64,000 nt of DNA from the NCBI GenBank assembly GCA_037447605.1, contig CM074823.1:744001-808000 (forward strand), read 5' to 3'. This document shows, piece after piece, positions 26,172 to 38,521 of the stretch (within the stretch, counting starts at the first letter, position 1; each line of letters begins with the position of its first letter). The notes under the pieces are model-generated. The model did not search any database. It worked only from the letters and a program-made list of their open reading frames with translations, and had not been told where the DNA came from. The translations under genes were made by a program, and so were the position numbers. Source of the stretch: Zygnema circumcarinatum SAG 698-1b (Eukaryota; Plantae; Zygnematophyceae).

Positions 26172-26612
26172 TAGGCAACCCCTTTGGATGGTCATAGCTG
26201 GTCATGGCACAGTGCGATTAATGGTCCGTTCTCGGCAGCTTTTCTCATCACCTACTTCTCTCTCCACCCGTCGTTAAAGCTCGCTTCACTTTCTTTCATC
26301 TATTGAGCAGGTCGAGTCCCATGGCAGCCTGCATTGCATTGCATTGCATTGCATTGCAACACACGAACCATTCATTCTCTTTCAAGTAGATGGGTGTCGA
26401 CCAAGTCAGGATCATTAGTCAACGCGACTTAATTGATTAATTCGACCCACTCCTCAGAGCCTGGCCAACATACGCCAGAATATGAGTCGGTCGGCGGGGT
26501 GGAACCGGCACTTGGCGCCCGCGAGATTCCGTAGGCGGCGCCAAAATTCGAGCAACACTCGGGCGTGTTGGAAAGCAGGTTGGAGGGAGGAATAGGCGTA
26601 GTTCTTGCGTAG
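26172..26612 (-). pseudogene. Possible N-terminal remnant of the HIPL1-like gene
   Basis: One frame reads SNLLSNTPECCSNFGAAYG..GVCWPGS and a downstream piece reads VMRKAAENGPLIALCHD. These loosely resemble the HIPL1 FCxAFGG..CFNG and CLEKIG.G.Y..M..HPDG segments. Weak, by-eye similarity only. Confidence 0.3.
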
Positions 26613-26712
26613 NNNNNNNNNNNNNNNNNNNNNNNNNNNNNNNNNNNNNNNNNNNNNNNNNNNNNNNNNNNNNNNNNNNNNNNNNNNNNNNNNNNNNNNN
26701 NNNNNNNNNNNN
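26613..26712. other. Assembly gap (100 N)
   Basis: Other gaps: 4189-4198, 35793-35802, 42039-42138 (100 N), 45357-45366, 53616-53625, 59071-59080. Confidence 1.
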
Positions 26713-27466
26713 TCTATCCCCTTCTCTCACTCTTCCCCTCTTTTTCTCCCCTCTCTTCTTCTACTCTCCCCACTCTCTCCCTCTCTTCTCCCCATTCTCT
26801 CACTCTCCCCTTCTCTCCCTCCTCCTCTCCCTCTCTAAAGTTCCTTCCTTTCTGCGAGCCTTCTTGCTTTAACATATGAAGGTAGAAATGTATGAAGTTT
26901 TTCCTCGTGGTTCCCCCTGTGAGCAGGACCTGAAGGAGGTCGCGCCCACAGTGGACCCTCTCGAATCGACCTCCTCTCTGTGAGCTTCTCTCTCTGAACC
27001 CTAATTCCGGAAACTGAAGGGTTTTGGGGGCCTTTTGGGGTTCTTGGTTTTGGAATTTCAGGGTTTTGGGGCTTATTGGGCCTTGTGGGTCTTTTTGATA
27101 TTTTTTGTTCTGTTTATCTCATTCTTCTTTATGGTTGTTGTTTAATCATCATTTCGTCCCCTTCTCCCCTGTTTTTTTAATTTCCTTTCAGAAAAATGCT
27201 CATCCTGACCCGAGCAAACGGATCACTGCGAGGGCCGCACTCGAGCATGAATACTTCCAAGACCTGCAACCCGTGACGTGACGACAACCCAGTTCTATGC
27301 TCATTCCGTTACGTTCTGTCTCCGTTTTTCGTTCCCGTTCCGTTCCGGATCCGTGCCCGTTGCCGTGTTCCGTTCCCTGTCCTTTCCGTGTCCGTCCCGT
27401 TTCGTTCCGTCTCCGTTTCGATCCGTTCCGTTTCGCGTTCCGTTATAGTTCCAGTTTAACCTTTCA
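26713..27466 (+). repeat. Second copy of the CDKA 3' end (last two exons and 3' UTR) with indels
   Basis: Matches 18470-19241. Homopolymers are shorter and there are single-base indels in both exon copies (ctctcgaatc vs ctctcggaatc; catcctgacc vs catcctggacc). It starts directly after the 100-N gap. Confidence 0.92.
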
Positions 27467-28965
27467 CGCCGTGCAACTGCAACTGAGAGTCAAAGGTCAC
27501 CGGCAAGGAAAGGCTCAATAACGAAATGAAAATAAAAGTTTGTTTTGCTTGGGAGGAGGAGGGGGAGGCATAGTGCTTTTAGGGTTTTGGTTTTACAAGT
27601 TTAAGTTGCTATACTAATATACGGCAATTTTTTGTGTAATTTTTCTGTTTGAGGCTTTCGGACTTAAAGGGTATTAAATTGACTCATCCGTGTTTGTTGG
27701 ATATTTTTTTGAAAGACATTTGGGCTACAAACAGTGGGGTCTATGTCTAAGATGAATCCGCCACACAATTTCTGAGGTGTTGTTTCTTTCTTTTTGTCGT
27801 TTCTGGCTGATCTATGGCGCGCTCAGTTGGAAAATCTGTTGTGCTGTTTTTACACGTTCCATTCGCTTCGTTTCAATTTTTTCAATTTGAGTTCGGGAGT
27901 GGCGAACGATGGCAAAGGCAAGTTTGTCCAGAAGACGACAAAAAAGGTTCTATTCGAGATGTAACTGGAACTAGTTTTCGCACAGAGGGAGAGGGAGAGG
28001 GAGGAGAGGAGAGAGAGGAGAGAGAGTGAGAGAAGGGAGTTCGAAAGAGATAAGTCCCTTGTACAGTACGGACTTTTGCCATACCTTTTCGTGGTTTCCA
28101 GGCCTGAAATCGGACCGTGCATGTGACGTCACACCTGCTACCTGCTGCAAACTTACACGTCACCAAGCAACCGTGGTTGTCACGTGACGTCATGTGACGT
28201 CATGTACGGAATGTTGTCAGCGCTTAACAGTTCTATGTTCGCACGACCGACGGGAGTGACAGTCGCGACGTCACTATGACATTGCTGACGTCATCATTTG
28301 ACGGACTGGAACTGGTCCAGAGTCCAGACCAAACGTTTTGCGCGTGACATGACATGACGTGACGTGACAGCCTCTAGGGGTCGCCCGCTTTTGTGAGGGA
28401 GACCCACCTGTCGCCGAAATTAGGGTTTCGGGCCGCTGCCTCCCTCTCCCTCCTTATCCCACTCCCTCTCCCTCTCCCTCTCTCGCTTCCCCTCCGCCGT
28501 CCTGCCACGCGTCCTATCCAGCGCCGCTGATGATTAAAAGACCCTGCATCCGTAGAGCGTGGAGTTGTTCATCTCCCTTTCTAACAACAGTTAATCCCAA
28601 TACTGCCAGATAGAATACCTTCGTGCTTCCTCTTCCTCCCTCCCTCCCTCCCTCCGTCCCTCAGCAACACTCAATTGGCCCTCCTTCCTTCTCCCTTTCC
28701 TTCCGCCTCCTCCTCTCCTCTCCCTTCCACTCCCCCCCTTCCCCCCCCCTCCTCACCATGTCCCCTCCTTCCTAAAAACTCGTCAAACCTCACTATTCTG
28801 ACGATCCCTACAGCCTCTTTTTCCCTAACCCTAATCCTTCCACCTTCCCTCCCCTCCCCTCCACCACTTCCACCAGCCCTAACCTTAACCCTAACCCTAA
28901 CCCTAATCCTAGCCCCAACCCTAGCCCGGGCGCCGCCCTGCCCCCTTGTGTCGGTATATGAGCGC

Positions 28966-31467
28966 ATGGACGAGGCGGTGGTGGACGACATGATCGCGCG
29001 GCTCCTGGACGCGCGCGGCGGGCGGCCCGGCAAGCAGGTGCAGCTCAGCGAGGCGGAGATCCGCGCGCTCTGCCACGCCGCGAGGGAGGTCTTCCTCGCG
29101 CAGCCGAACCTGCTCGAGCTTGAGGCGCCCATCAAGATATGCGGTGCGTGCCCCTGCCCGGGGGGGGGGGGGGCGGCATGCATGTAAAGCAGTAGCAGCA
29201 GCAGTATTGTTATTGCGTTATCAGCATCATTTTGTCATCATCTTCATAAATTATCATCACCATCATCGAAACATTCACACCTCAAATTGCCACCCTGAAT
29301 CCCCTCGCCTCCCTCCCTCCCTCCCTCCCTCCCTCCCACGCACTCCTTCCGCTTCCCTTTCTCCCGCTCTTCTCCCTTCACTCTCCTGCTCTTCTTCATC
29401 CCATTTCTACTTCCTACTCCTCCCTAACTTTGTCCATACGTCTTCAATTTCCTGCAAGAGCTTCTCCTTGACACAAACCCTAATATCTCTTTCCCGCACT
29501 TTTGTCTCCTACCTCACATCTCCTCCTTCGTTCAAATCCTTTAACCTTCTGCCTTTATCTCACTCTTTTCCCGCCTTTTTCCTCTCTGCTCCTCCCGGAC
29601 ATGTCTCGTCCAGTCGATGCTATCAAGTGGTTGTGTATTGTTGTCCATCACTTTTCTCCATTCTCTCTCTACAAACCTTCTCATCTCCCCTTCCTTTCTC
29701 TCATAGTCTTCCTCACGTCTCTCTCTGTCTCTCTCAGCCCTCCCTTACCTCTCTTCCACAAACCCTAAAATTCTATCGTTTCTCCCCACCCTCTCTCTCA
29801 CACATCTCTCCCTTTTCTCTCCACAAGCTTTTAACATTTCTCCCACTCTCCCTCTTCTCTCTCACATCTCTCCCTTTCCGCTCCTCTAACACTCCTCCGC
29901 CCCCTCCTACTTTCCCTCTCACCTCTCCGTTCCCTCTTCACAAACCCTAACGTTCCTCCCTTCCTTTTCCGCCCTCCTCTCCCTCGCATCTCTCTTTTCC
30001 CTCTCCACAAACCCTAACATCCCTCCCTCTGTCTCCCTACCTCTTTTTCAAACCCTAACCTTTCTCCCTTTTTCTCCCTCGTGTCTCACTCACGTCCCTC
30101 CCCTCTCCACGAACCCTATCATTCCTCCCTCTCCCTCACTTTCACATCTCTCCCTTCCCTTTCCGCAAAAACCTAACATTCCTCTCTCTCTCGCTCCCCC
30201 TCTCTCACTCCTCTCCTTCTCTCCACAAACCCTAACATTCCTCCCTCTCTTTCCTCCCCTCTCTCTTTCACTCAACTCCCTCTTCCTTCTCCACAAGCCC
30301 TGACATTCCTCTCTCTCTCTCCCCTCCACTCACACATGTCTCCCTTTTCTCTCCACAAACCCTAACATTCCTCCCGCTCTCTCTCCCTCTCTCTCTGTCT
30401 CATCTCTACTTTCCCTTTTCCACAAACCCAACATTCATCCTCTTCCCTCCCTTCCCTCTGTTACTAACCCTACCATTCCCCTCGCCCTTATGTCTCCCTT
30501 CCCTTTCACAAACCCTAACAATCCTCCCTCTCTCTCCCTTCCCTGTCCACAAACCCTTAGTTTCCTCACTCCCTCTCTCTCTTTCTTCCTCTGTCTCACA
30601 TCTCTCCCTCCCTTTCACTCCCGCAGGCGACATTCACGGCCAATACTCGGACCTTCTCCGTCTCTTCGAGTACGGCGGTTTGCCCCCTGAAGCCAATTAC
30701 CTCTTTCTCGGAGACTATGTCGATCGCGGAAAGCAGAGCCTTGAAACCATCTGCCTCCTTCTCGCCTACAAAATAAAATACCCCGAAAACTTTTTTCTTC
30801 TTCGAGGAAACCACGAATGCGCTTCCATAAACCGAATTTATGGTTTCTACGACGAATGTAAAAGGCGTTTCAATGTCCGTCTATGGAAAACTTTCACCGA
30901 CTGCTTCAACTGCCTGCCCGTGGCTGCCCTAATCGACGAAAAAATTCTCTGCATGCACGGCGGCCTCTCCCCCGAACTCCGCAGCTTAGAGCAAATAAAG
31001 AAAATTTCGAGGCCGACCGATGTTCCGGATTCGGGGCTACTTTGTGATCTTTTATGGGCAGATCCCGACAAAGACATTCAGGGATGGGGAGATAATGACA
31101 GAGGAGTCTCCTACACTTTTGGTCATGACACTGTGACGGAATTTCTCGACAAACACGATCTCGACCTCATTTGTCGCGCGCATCAGGTGCAAATGCCTGC
31201 CGGTTTTTCAGAAAAAACCTGGGTTTTCTGGGAGCGCTTCGTTCAATGTCTTTGGGACCGCCTTAGCGACACGACGGGTCGTCAGAGAGAGAGAGAGAGA
31301 AGAGAGGGGAGAAGAGAAGGAGAGGAGAGAGAGGAGAGGAAGTGGGAAGAGAAGAGGGAGAGAGAGGGAAAGAGAAGAAGAGGGGAAGAAAGAGAGGGTA
31401 GAGAAAAGGAGAGGGAGAGAAGAAAAATGAGGGAGAGAATAGAAAGAGGGGAGAGAAGAAGAAGAGA

Positions 31468-31534
<67 letters not shown>

Positions 31535-31929
31535 TACAACCAATGAGGAGCTAGCGATCACCCGTCGATAGTCCCACTGGCTGGGGTTCCGCTTTCCCTT
31601 TCTACTAGTTTTTTTTTCATATTCTCTGCTGCCCCCATTCCGCCTGCTCATTCCCCCCTTGTCTCCCTCTCCCTCCCTCCCTCCCTCCCTCCCTCTGCAG
31701 GTCGTCGAGGACGGCTATGAATTTTTCGCAAAAAGGCAGTTGGTGACTGTGTTTTCCGCGCCCAACTACTGCGGAGAGTTTGACAACGCGGGGGCGATGA
31801 TGAGTGTGGACGACAGTCTCATGTGCTCCTTTCAGATCCTTAAACCGGCGGAGAAAAAGCACAAGTTTGTGTATGGGACAGTCAATCCGGCGGGCCGACC
31901 AGCAACGCCCCCTCGAGGGGCTAGAGGGG

Positions 31930-31983
<54 letters not shown>

Positions 31984-32944
31984 TCCCCCTCCCCCTCTCC
32001 CTCTTTCTCTTTTGCTCCCTTTTTCTCTCTCTCTTGCTGCCCCTCACTCCCCCGCCCCCTTTTGCAATTCACTTGTCTTTTCCTCTCTCCTCGCCTCCCC
32101 CTCTCCCTTTCCCCTTCTCGGCCCATTCCCCCCTCTCTCGCCTCCCTCTCTCCCCTCCCCACCTCCCCTCCCACTCCTCTTTCCTCCCTTCCCCTTCTCC
32201 TCCCCCTTCCTCTCTGCCCCTCCCTCGCCTTTTCCCCCCCTCCCCCCTCCCTCCCTTCCTCCCTTCCTCCCCCCCCTCCCTCTCTCACTCCCTCTCTTTC
32301 CCTTTGGCGGGTTTTAGGTTGTTGAGTCATTGAAGCTTTTCCGATGCAGCGATGTTGTTTGGGGTCCATTTGGGATGTGGGTTTGGGGATTTTTTCGTCC
32401 TTTGTTTCTTTAGAACCGCTGTCTGTTTCTTTCCTATTCTTAAAGTCACGTGCGGTTGAGAGAGGTGTGACGGAATGAAGAGTGTGAGAGAGTGGAGGAG
32501 GGAAAGAGATGGGGAAGGGGGAGAGGTGGTGTAAGGAGAGGGTCAGAGAAGTGTAGGGAAGAGAGGGTGGGGGGGAGAGAGAGAGTGGATATGGAGACTG
32601 AGCAAATCAGCTGATATAGAGAGAGAGGGAGAGGGGAGGAGTCCCTCTAGGGGCTTCTCCTCCACTCGTCCCTCTCTCTCTCTCTCTCTCTCTCTCTCGC
32701 TCTTTTTTCTCTTTAGGTTTCTTAGGGTTTGTAGGCTACTGGATTCATGACTTTGGCCTCCTTTGTGACAGATACACTTCGTCTTGATTTACTTTTCGAA
32801 TCTTAATTACCCAACAATATTTCTCGCATGCTTTATTGCTAAATAATAATTACGCACGTAGAAAGATTAATGACAACTACGCTGATTTAACACGTTTTTT
32901 TTTTTTTAATTTCCTTGCAGCAGCAGCCTTATGGGGGTAAATGA
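28966..32944 (+). CDS. PP1: Serine/threonine protein phosphatase 1 catalytic subunit (TOPP)
   Basis: Exons 28966-29143 ([24 protein letters not shown]), 30627-31186 (GDIHGQ, GDYVDRG, LRGNHE, ..ICRAHQ), 31701-31928 ([28 protein letters not shown]) and a probable terminal exon 32921-32944 (QQPYGGK*). Phases are consistent. Confidence 0.97.
29750..30560 (+). repeat. Periodic telobox (AAACCCTAA) array in CT-rich spacers, PP1 intron 1
   Basis: About 13 units of (C)CACAAACCCTAACATTCC-like cores, spaced roughly 40-70 bp over most of the array. Confidence 0.8.
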
Positions 32945-33153
32945 TAGGCCTGACTTAGCAAAGGAGAAAATGATGACAGCAGCTGAATGGTTGACTTTTT
33001 TGAGGCCTCCAAAAATTCAGTAGAAGCTGGCAGAGCAGGCTTGGTGGAAATTTTTTCCCACCTAAAAGGAAAAAAAAAATGCAAGACAACAAAAAGAGAG
33101 CGAGAGAAAGAGAGGGAGAGAGAACGAGAGAGAGAGAGAGAGTGAGTGAGAGA

Positions 33154-33184
<31 letters not shown>

Positions 33185-34743
33185 TGAGAGAGAGAGAGAG
33201 GGAGGAAGGGAGGAGCTGAAGGTGGGCGCTTTACAAGAATGGAGCGGAGGCGGTTCGAGTAACGGTTACGGAACTGTAACAGTCACGGCTACAGTTACAG
33301 TTACGTTATATGTTACAGTTTACAGTTGCAGTCTACGGTACGGCTACATTTCAGTTCAGTTTTTCATAGGGACGGGGCCCGGGCCTCGCAGGTCTAGATT
33401 TTAAAGCACCTGCTCAATTTCAAAGCTTCATTTTCTCAAGGAAAAAAAGGGCGGGAGACGAGGTGGTGGGAAGAGAGAGGGACGGAGGGAGGGAGGAGGG
33501 AGGAAGAGGGGGAGGTCGGCCTTAGGAAAACTATGATTTCAAATTACTGTGATTTTTTTTCTTTTTTTATATTCGCTGTGCATCCACATTTCTTCTTTGT
33601 TCGTCTCCCCAGATGGTGGAACTCCCTTACCCCCTCCTCTCCCTTCCCCTCTCTCCTTCCCTTTCCTATCTTACTCTCCCTCCCTCCCTCACTCTCTCTC
33701 CCGCTCTTCTCTACCTGTCCCTCTCTCGTCCTCTCTCTCTCTCCTTCATTCTCGCCCTCCCCCAATCTCTCTCTCGCTCCCACTCTCTCCCCTTCCCTCT
33801 CTCCCTCCCTCCCTGTCGCATTCTCCACCTCACTCGCCGGCACCCCCCCTCTCCCCCTCTCTAACTCTCCCTCCCCCTCTCTCCCCTTCCCCCTCTCATC
33901 CGCACTCCGTCACTTTTCCTCCTGCCCTCTCTCTCCGTTTCCCCATCTTCCTTTTTCTCTTTCCTCTTTCCCCCATTTCCTCCATCCTCCATTTCCCTCG
34001 CTGCCCTTCCCTCTCTACCCCTCCTTTCCCTCCCTCTCTCCCCCTTGCCTCTCTCTCTCTCCCTCTCCCTTCATCTCTCCCTGTCCTCTCTCTCTCCCTC
34101 TCCCTTCCTCTCTCCCTGTGTCTCCCTCTCTCCCTCCCCCTCGCTTGCCCTTCTCCCCTCTCTCTCCCTTTCCCTTTGGAGAGAGCTGCTTACCTTCCTT
34201 TCAGCCCATGCTTATCATTATGTAACGAAGCAAGCACTAATTTCAGATTATGATCATTCCTATTACTATCACTACTCCTATTTTAATTTTTCATTCAAAG
34301 TAAAAAATGTTTTGCCTTCGATGCTCTCACAGAGGGCAGTGCAAGAGCCAGAGCTCGGTCGGACCAACAATGAAAATAATTAGAAAGAATGGAGGCAAAT
34401 CCGAGCCAATTTTATTTTTTACCCTCAACCGACATTCGGACGGACGGACGGATTCAACGGACGGCACGTACGAACAATAACTCAAACCGGTTGACAGTAC
34501 ATGAGAACTTTGTCGTTTTTGGGCGGGAAATCAGCTTGTCGTTTTAACGTTTGTCATTTAGCGCAACGTCGTTTTGTCGGTTTGGTTTCTCTCACGGTTC
34601 GGTTCCATGCCGCAGTTCGGCGTTGTGCGACGCGATGTCGCGTTCCAAGAGGCACGATTTGCTGACGTGGCCGTATAAGAAAATGGCTTCACCCAATCCG
34701 ATGCTGCCACGTGACTGTCGTGGATCTGCATAGCTTTGACCAT

Positions 34744-34837
34744 GACCAACTTGACTTGGTTCTAACCAAGTCAAGTTGTAAGTTAACCCATAAAACCCTA
34801 AAACCCTTGACTTAGTTAGAACCAAGTCAAGTTGGTC
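34744..34837. repeat. Nested (four-arm) palindrome
   Basis: 32-bp arms (34744-34775 and 34806-34837, 1 mismatch). Each arm is itself a hairpin of CTTGACTTGGTT / AACCAAGTCAAG. The 30-bp spacer contains AAAACCCTAAAACCC. Confidence 0.85.
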
Positions 34838-35506
34838 ACGACGACGATGTGCGGCGTGTTCACATTCAAGGGAGGATGAGACCCGCTAACCATTGCGTTG
34901 TTGTGGCACAACGGACAAAGCTAGCATGCGATGGTCACACGTATCATGAGCGGCCCTCGCCGTGTTTAACAACACATTGTTCTCAAACAAGTGGCAAACA
35001 AGAAGTGCTCTCGAGGGGGACCTAGACGTCGGGGTCTGGAAATAGTCGGTCAGTCAGTCGTTGGTCAAATTGGTCATTAGTCAGTCTGGGATTTTTGGGC
35101 CACCAAAAACCGGAGAGGGAGAACGTCACTTTAAGGGATTTCGCTGCATGGTTTAGGACTTAGGGGTTTAGGGTTTTGGTTTAGGGTTTAGGTTTAAGGT
35201 TTAGGGTTGAAGAAATAGAAAGGACGCTCAGTACAGCCTCACATGCTCATCACATGTGAAACTGTAAACGGAACCAGTACGGCAGAGTACACATAGAACA
35301 TGCGCATAGAACGAGTTCCGAGACTACCATCATTGTCACATGTAACGTGACAGAAACCAATTTTCGATTTCAAAGGATTGGAAAAACTTGAGACTGGCAT
35401 TTGGCTCCCCATCGCTCTCAAAAGGAAAAAAGAAAACAGCCTCTCGCCAATCTGAGATTATTGACCTCTTTTAGGGACCAAAGAGAATGTGAGCCGGAAG
35501 GGGGTG

Positions 35507-38138
35507 TCATAGGATCGCCCATTTGAGTTCGAGGGCGTTGCAGATGCGGCCAAGACAGCAGGCGGCACTCAGAGCGTACTCCGATACTGCGGGCTCCAGA
35601 GAGAGGGAGAGAGAGAGAGTGAGAGAGAGAGAGAAAACGAGAGAGAGAAAAGGAAAGGAGAGGAGAGTGATGAGAAGAGAGAGAAATTGTGAGAGAGCGA
35701 GGGATCACCCTGTCCTAGGAAAGGGAAGGGGAGGGAGAGAGGGAGGGAGGGAGGGAAGGAGGGAGGGAAGGAAGGAGGGAGGGAGAGAGAGANNNNNNNN
35801 NNGAGGGAGGGAGGGAGAGAGGGAGGGAGGGAGAGAGGGAGGGAGGGAGGGAGGGAGGGAGGGAGGGAAACTGACCTGAAACAAAGTCATCGACATAGTC
35901 TACGTCTACACTTCCATGGGCCATTGCTCCAACCTGCATCGCGGTTCACGGTTAAAAGTAAAAGTGAAAGCAAAAACAGGAAAAATTGTAACCAAATATA
36001 ACTGAAAATAATCGTAAAAATGTTGAAAAATTAGACTCGTGAACATGTCCTCACCACAAAGACGAGGGGCACATCGTCCGTGGCTCGAACATACTCGTTC
36101 AGTTTCACTACTTTTGGGGCAGAAAAAGACATTCCTGGCAGGAAACAAAAGAAGCACAAATAACAATTTAAATCAAGAAATAAATGAGAACAAAAACAAA
36201 AAGTAAAGGAAAGGAAAACTGCACATTTAAGAAAAAACGAAAAAAATAAAAAAAGCAACATACCGATTCTGCGGGCCCCTGTAGGTAAATATTTTGTGAC
36301 GGGCTGTTTTATGACCCTCAAAAGTTTTTCGGGCCCGTTTGTGGCGCGGATGCTAAGCGTCTGCAGCAGCTGCGCTGAAAGGCGGCCCGGAAAAAAATTA
36401 GGAGTGACTTTTTTTGAATAAGAAACGACAGAATTAGACCGTGAATAAAAAATGTGTTGAGTATAGGGTTGTATGCGTGTGTTTGAACGAATGGGGGGAT
36501 GCGTATGAGGGAAACAGGGACGAGGAAGAGAGAGAGGTGGGAGATTCGAGAGAAGGGGAGAGAGGGGACGGGAGGTTCGAGGGAGAGAGGAGAGAGGACA
36601 AGGGATGGGGCAGGAAAGGAAAATAGAGGTCAAGCAGACAGGGGAAGCGGAGAGGAGGGCGGAGAGAGGGAGGAAGAAGTTGGAGAGATGGGAGAATGGA
36701 GGGAGAGAGAAGTGGAAGAGAGAGGAAAGATGAGAGAGGTGAGAGGAGAGAGTAAAGGAACGAGAGAAGAGAATAGAAAGCGGGAGGAGAGAAGAGAGGA
36801 AAGAGAAGGGGCGAGAGAGGAGAGCGGAGAGAGAGAGACGAAGCCTTGTGAGAGAGCCATCGGTCCGTACCCATCAGCCCACAGAACCGCCGAAAAGTTC
36901 GCGGAATTCGAATCTGCGGGTTGACTTTGATGAGCACATTTTTCTCCGTCTGCACATAAATCGCCTCCACGCGGCCCGCCTTGTTCAGAGGGCTGTCGAG
37001 AATGGCCAGTAGGGACTGCAAAGAACAAAAAAAAAAAAAAGGGGAGAAATGAAAAGAGGAGAGAGAAGGCGGAGAGAATGAGTCAGAGACCAGGAAGAAA
37101 GAGCACTAACCCTAACCATAATCTTAACCCTTACCTTAAAATTAACCCATTAATTCTAGCCCTAACCCTAACCCTAGTCTTAACCCTAACCCTGACTTAA
37201 GCCTTAACCCTAACCCTGACTTTAGCCTTAACCCTAACCCTGACTTTAGCCTTAACCCTAACCCTGACTTTAGCCTTAACCCTAACCCTAACCTTAAAAG
37301 CAGACCTGGTGAAGAATGTCAGGGCGATAAAGTGAAGGGTCGCGGTTGTGCTTTCGGAGGTAGTTCGAGTGGTCGTCAGAATTCAGGAGCACATATGCCT
37401 GTTGAAGTTGATAGTAGAAGGGAAAAAAAAAAACAAAGTGAGTGATGAAACAAAATCCTCGAATTAGAGATTAGAAAATAAAAAATCGGAAGCTTAAGAA
37501 AGAACCCGAAATTGGAACGAACTGAGGTCGCAAAATCCAGGTGTAAAGCTTGCACGGACGAGTAGTGATAAAGGGAGAGGGAGAGGGAAAGGGAGAGGGA
37601 GAGGGAGAGGGAGAGGGAGGAGGGAGAGGGAGAGGGAGAGGGAGAGGAGAGGGAGAGGGAGAGGAGAGGGAGAGGGAGAGGGAGAGGGAGAGGGAGAGGG
37701 AGAGGGAGAGGGAGAGGGAGAGGGAGAGGGAGAGGGAGAGGGAGAGGGAGGGAGAGGGAGAGGGAGAGGGAGAGGGAGAGGAGAGGGAGAGGGAGAGGGA
37801 GAGGGAGAGGGAGAGGGAGAGGAGAGGGAGAGGGAGAGGAGAGGAGGGGAGGGGGAGAGGGAGAGGGAGAGGGAGAGGGAGAGAGGGAGAGGGAGAGGGA
37901 GAGGGAGAGGGAGAGGGAGAGGGAGAGGGAGAGGGAGCGGAGGGGAGAGGGAGAGGGAGAGGGAGGGAGAGGGAGAGGGAGAGGGAGAGGGAGAGGGAGA
38001 GGGAGAGGGAGTGGGAGTGGGAGAGGGAGAGGGATTGGGAGAGAGGGAGGGGCCGACCTTGCCCACTTTCCCGAGCTCGAGCGTGGCCCTCTCAAGCACG
38101 AACACCACCTTCTGCTCGCCGCCCTCCTCCCCCGCCAT
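35507..38138 (-). CDS. EMG1: Ribosomal RNA small subunit pseudouridine methyltransferase EMG1/NEP1
   Basis: Seven GT-AG exons with consistent phases: 38058-38138 ([17 protein letters not shown]), 37306-37398 ([15 protein letters not shown]), 36871-37015 ([26 protein letters not shown]), 36264-36374 ([10 protein letters not shown]), 36055-36134, 35876-35933 (VGAMAHG), 35507-35586 ([17 protein letters not shown]). Confidence 0.96.
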
Positions 38139-38521
38139 TAGGGTTCAGGGCCCGTCCCCCCTCCCAGTTCTAGGGTTCAGCGGGGGTCAGGATTAAGGCC
38201 TCCAAACGCAGTCGGGGTACAGGGCAGGACGCCCTTCCCAGCCAGCAGGGCTTCCGGGATTCACGGCCACAGGGCTCCCCGAGCTCGGCAGGGTTCAGGG
38301 CTCCCGCCTGCACAGGCACAGGGCGAATTGTACAGGACTCCAGCCGGGCAGGCAGGCAGGCAGGGTTCAGGACATACCCTCACTCTATCGAGGATATACA
38401 ATATTTGCATCTCGATTCGATACGTTCCATGAAGATACGTTACGATACGGTACGCTACGGTATAGTACGGTACCCGCTGATACGGTACAGTATGCTACAC
38501 ATTGGTTCTCTACGATCGCAG

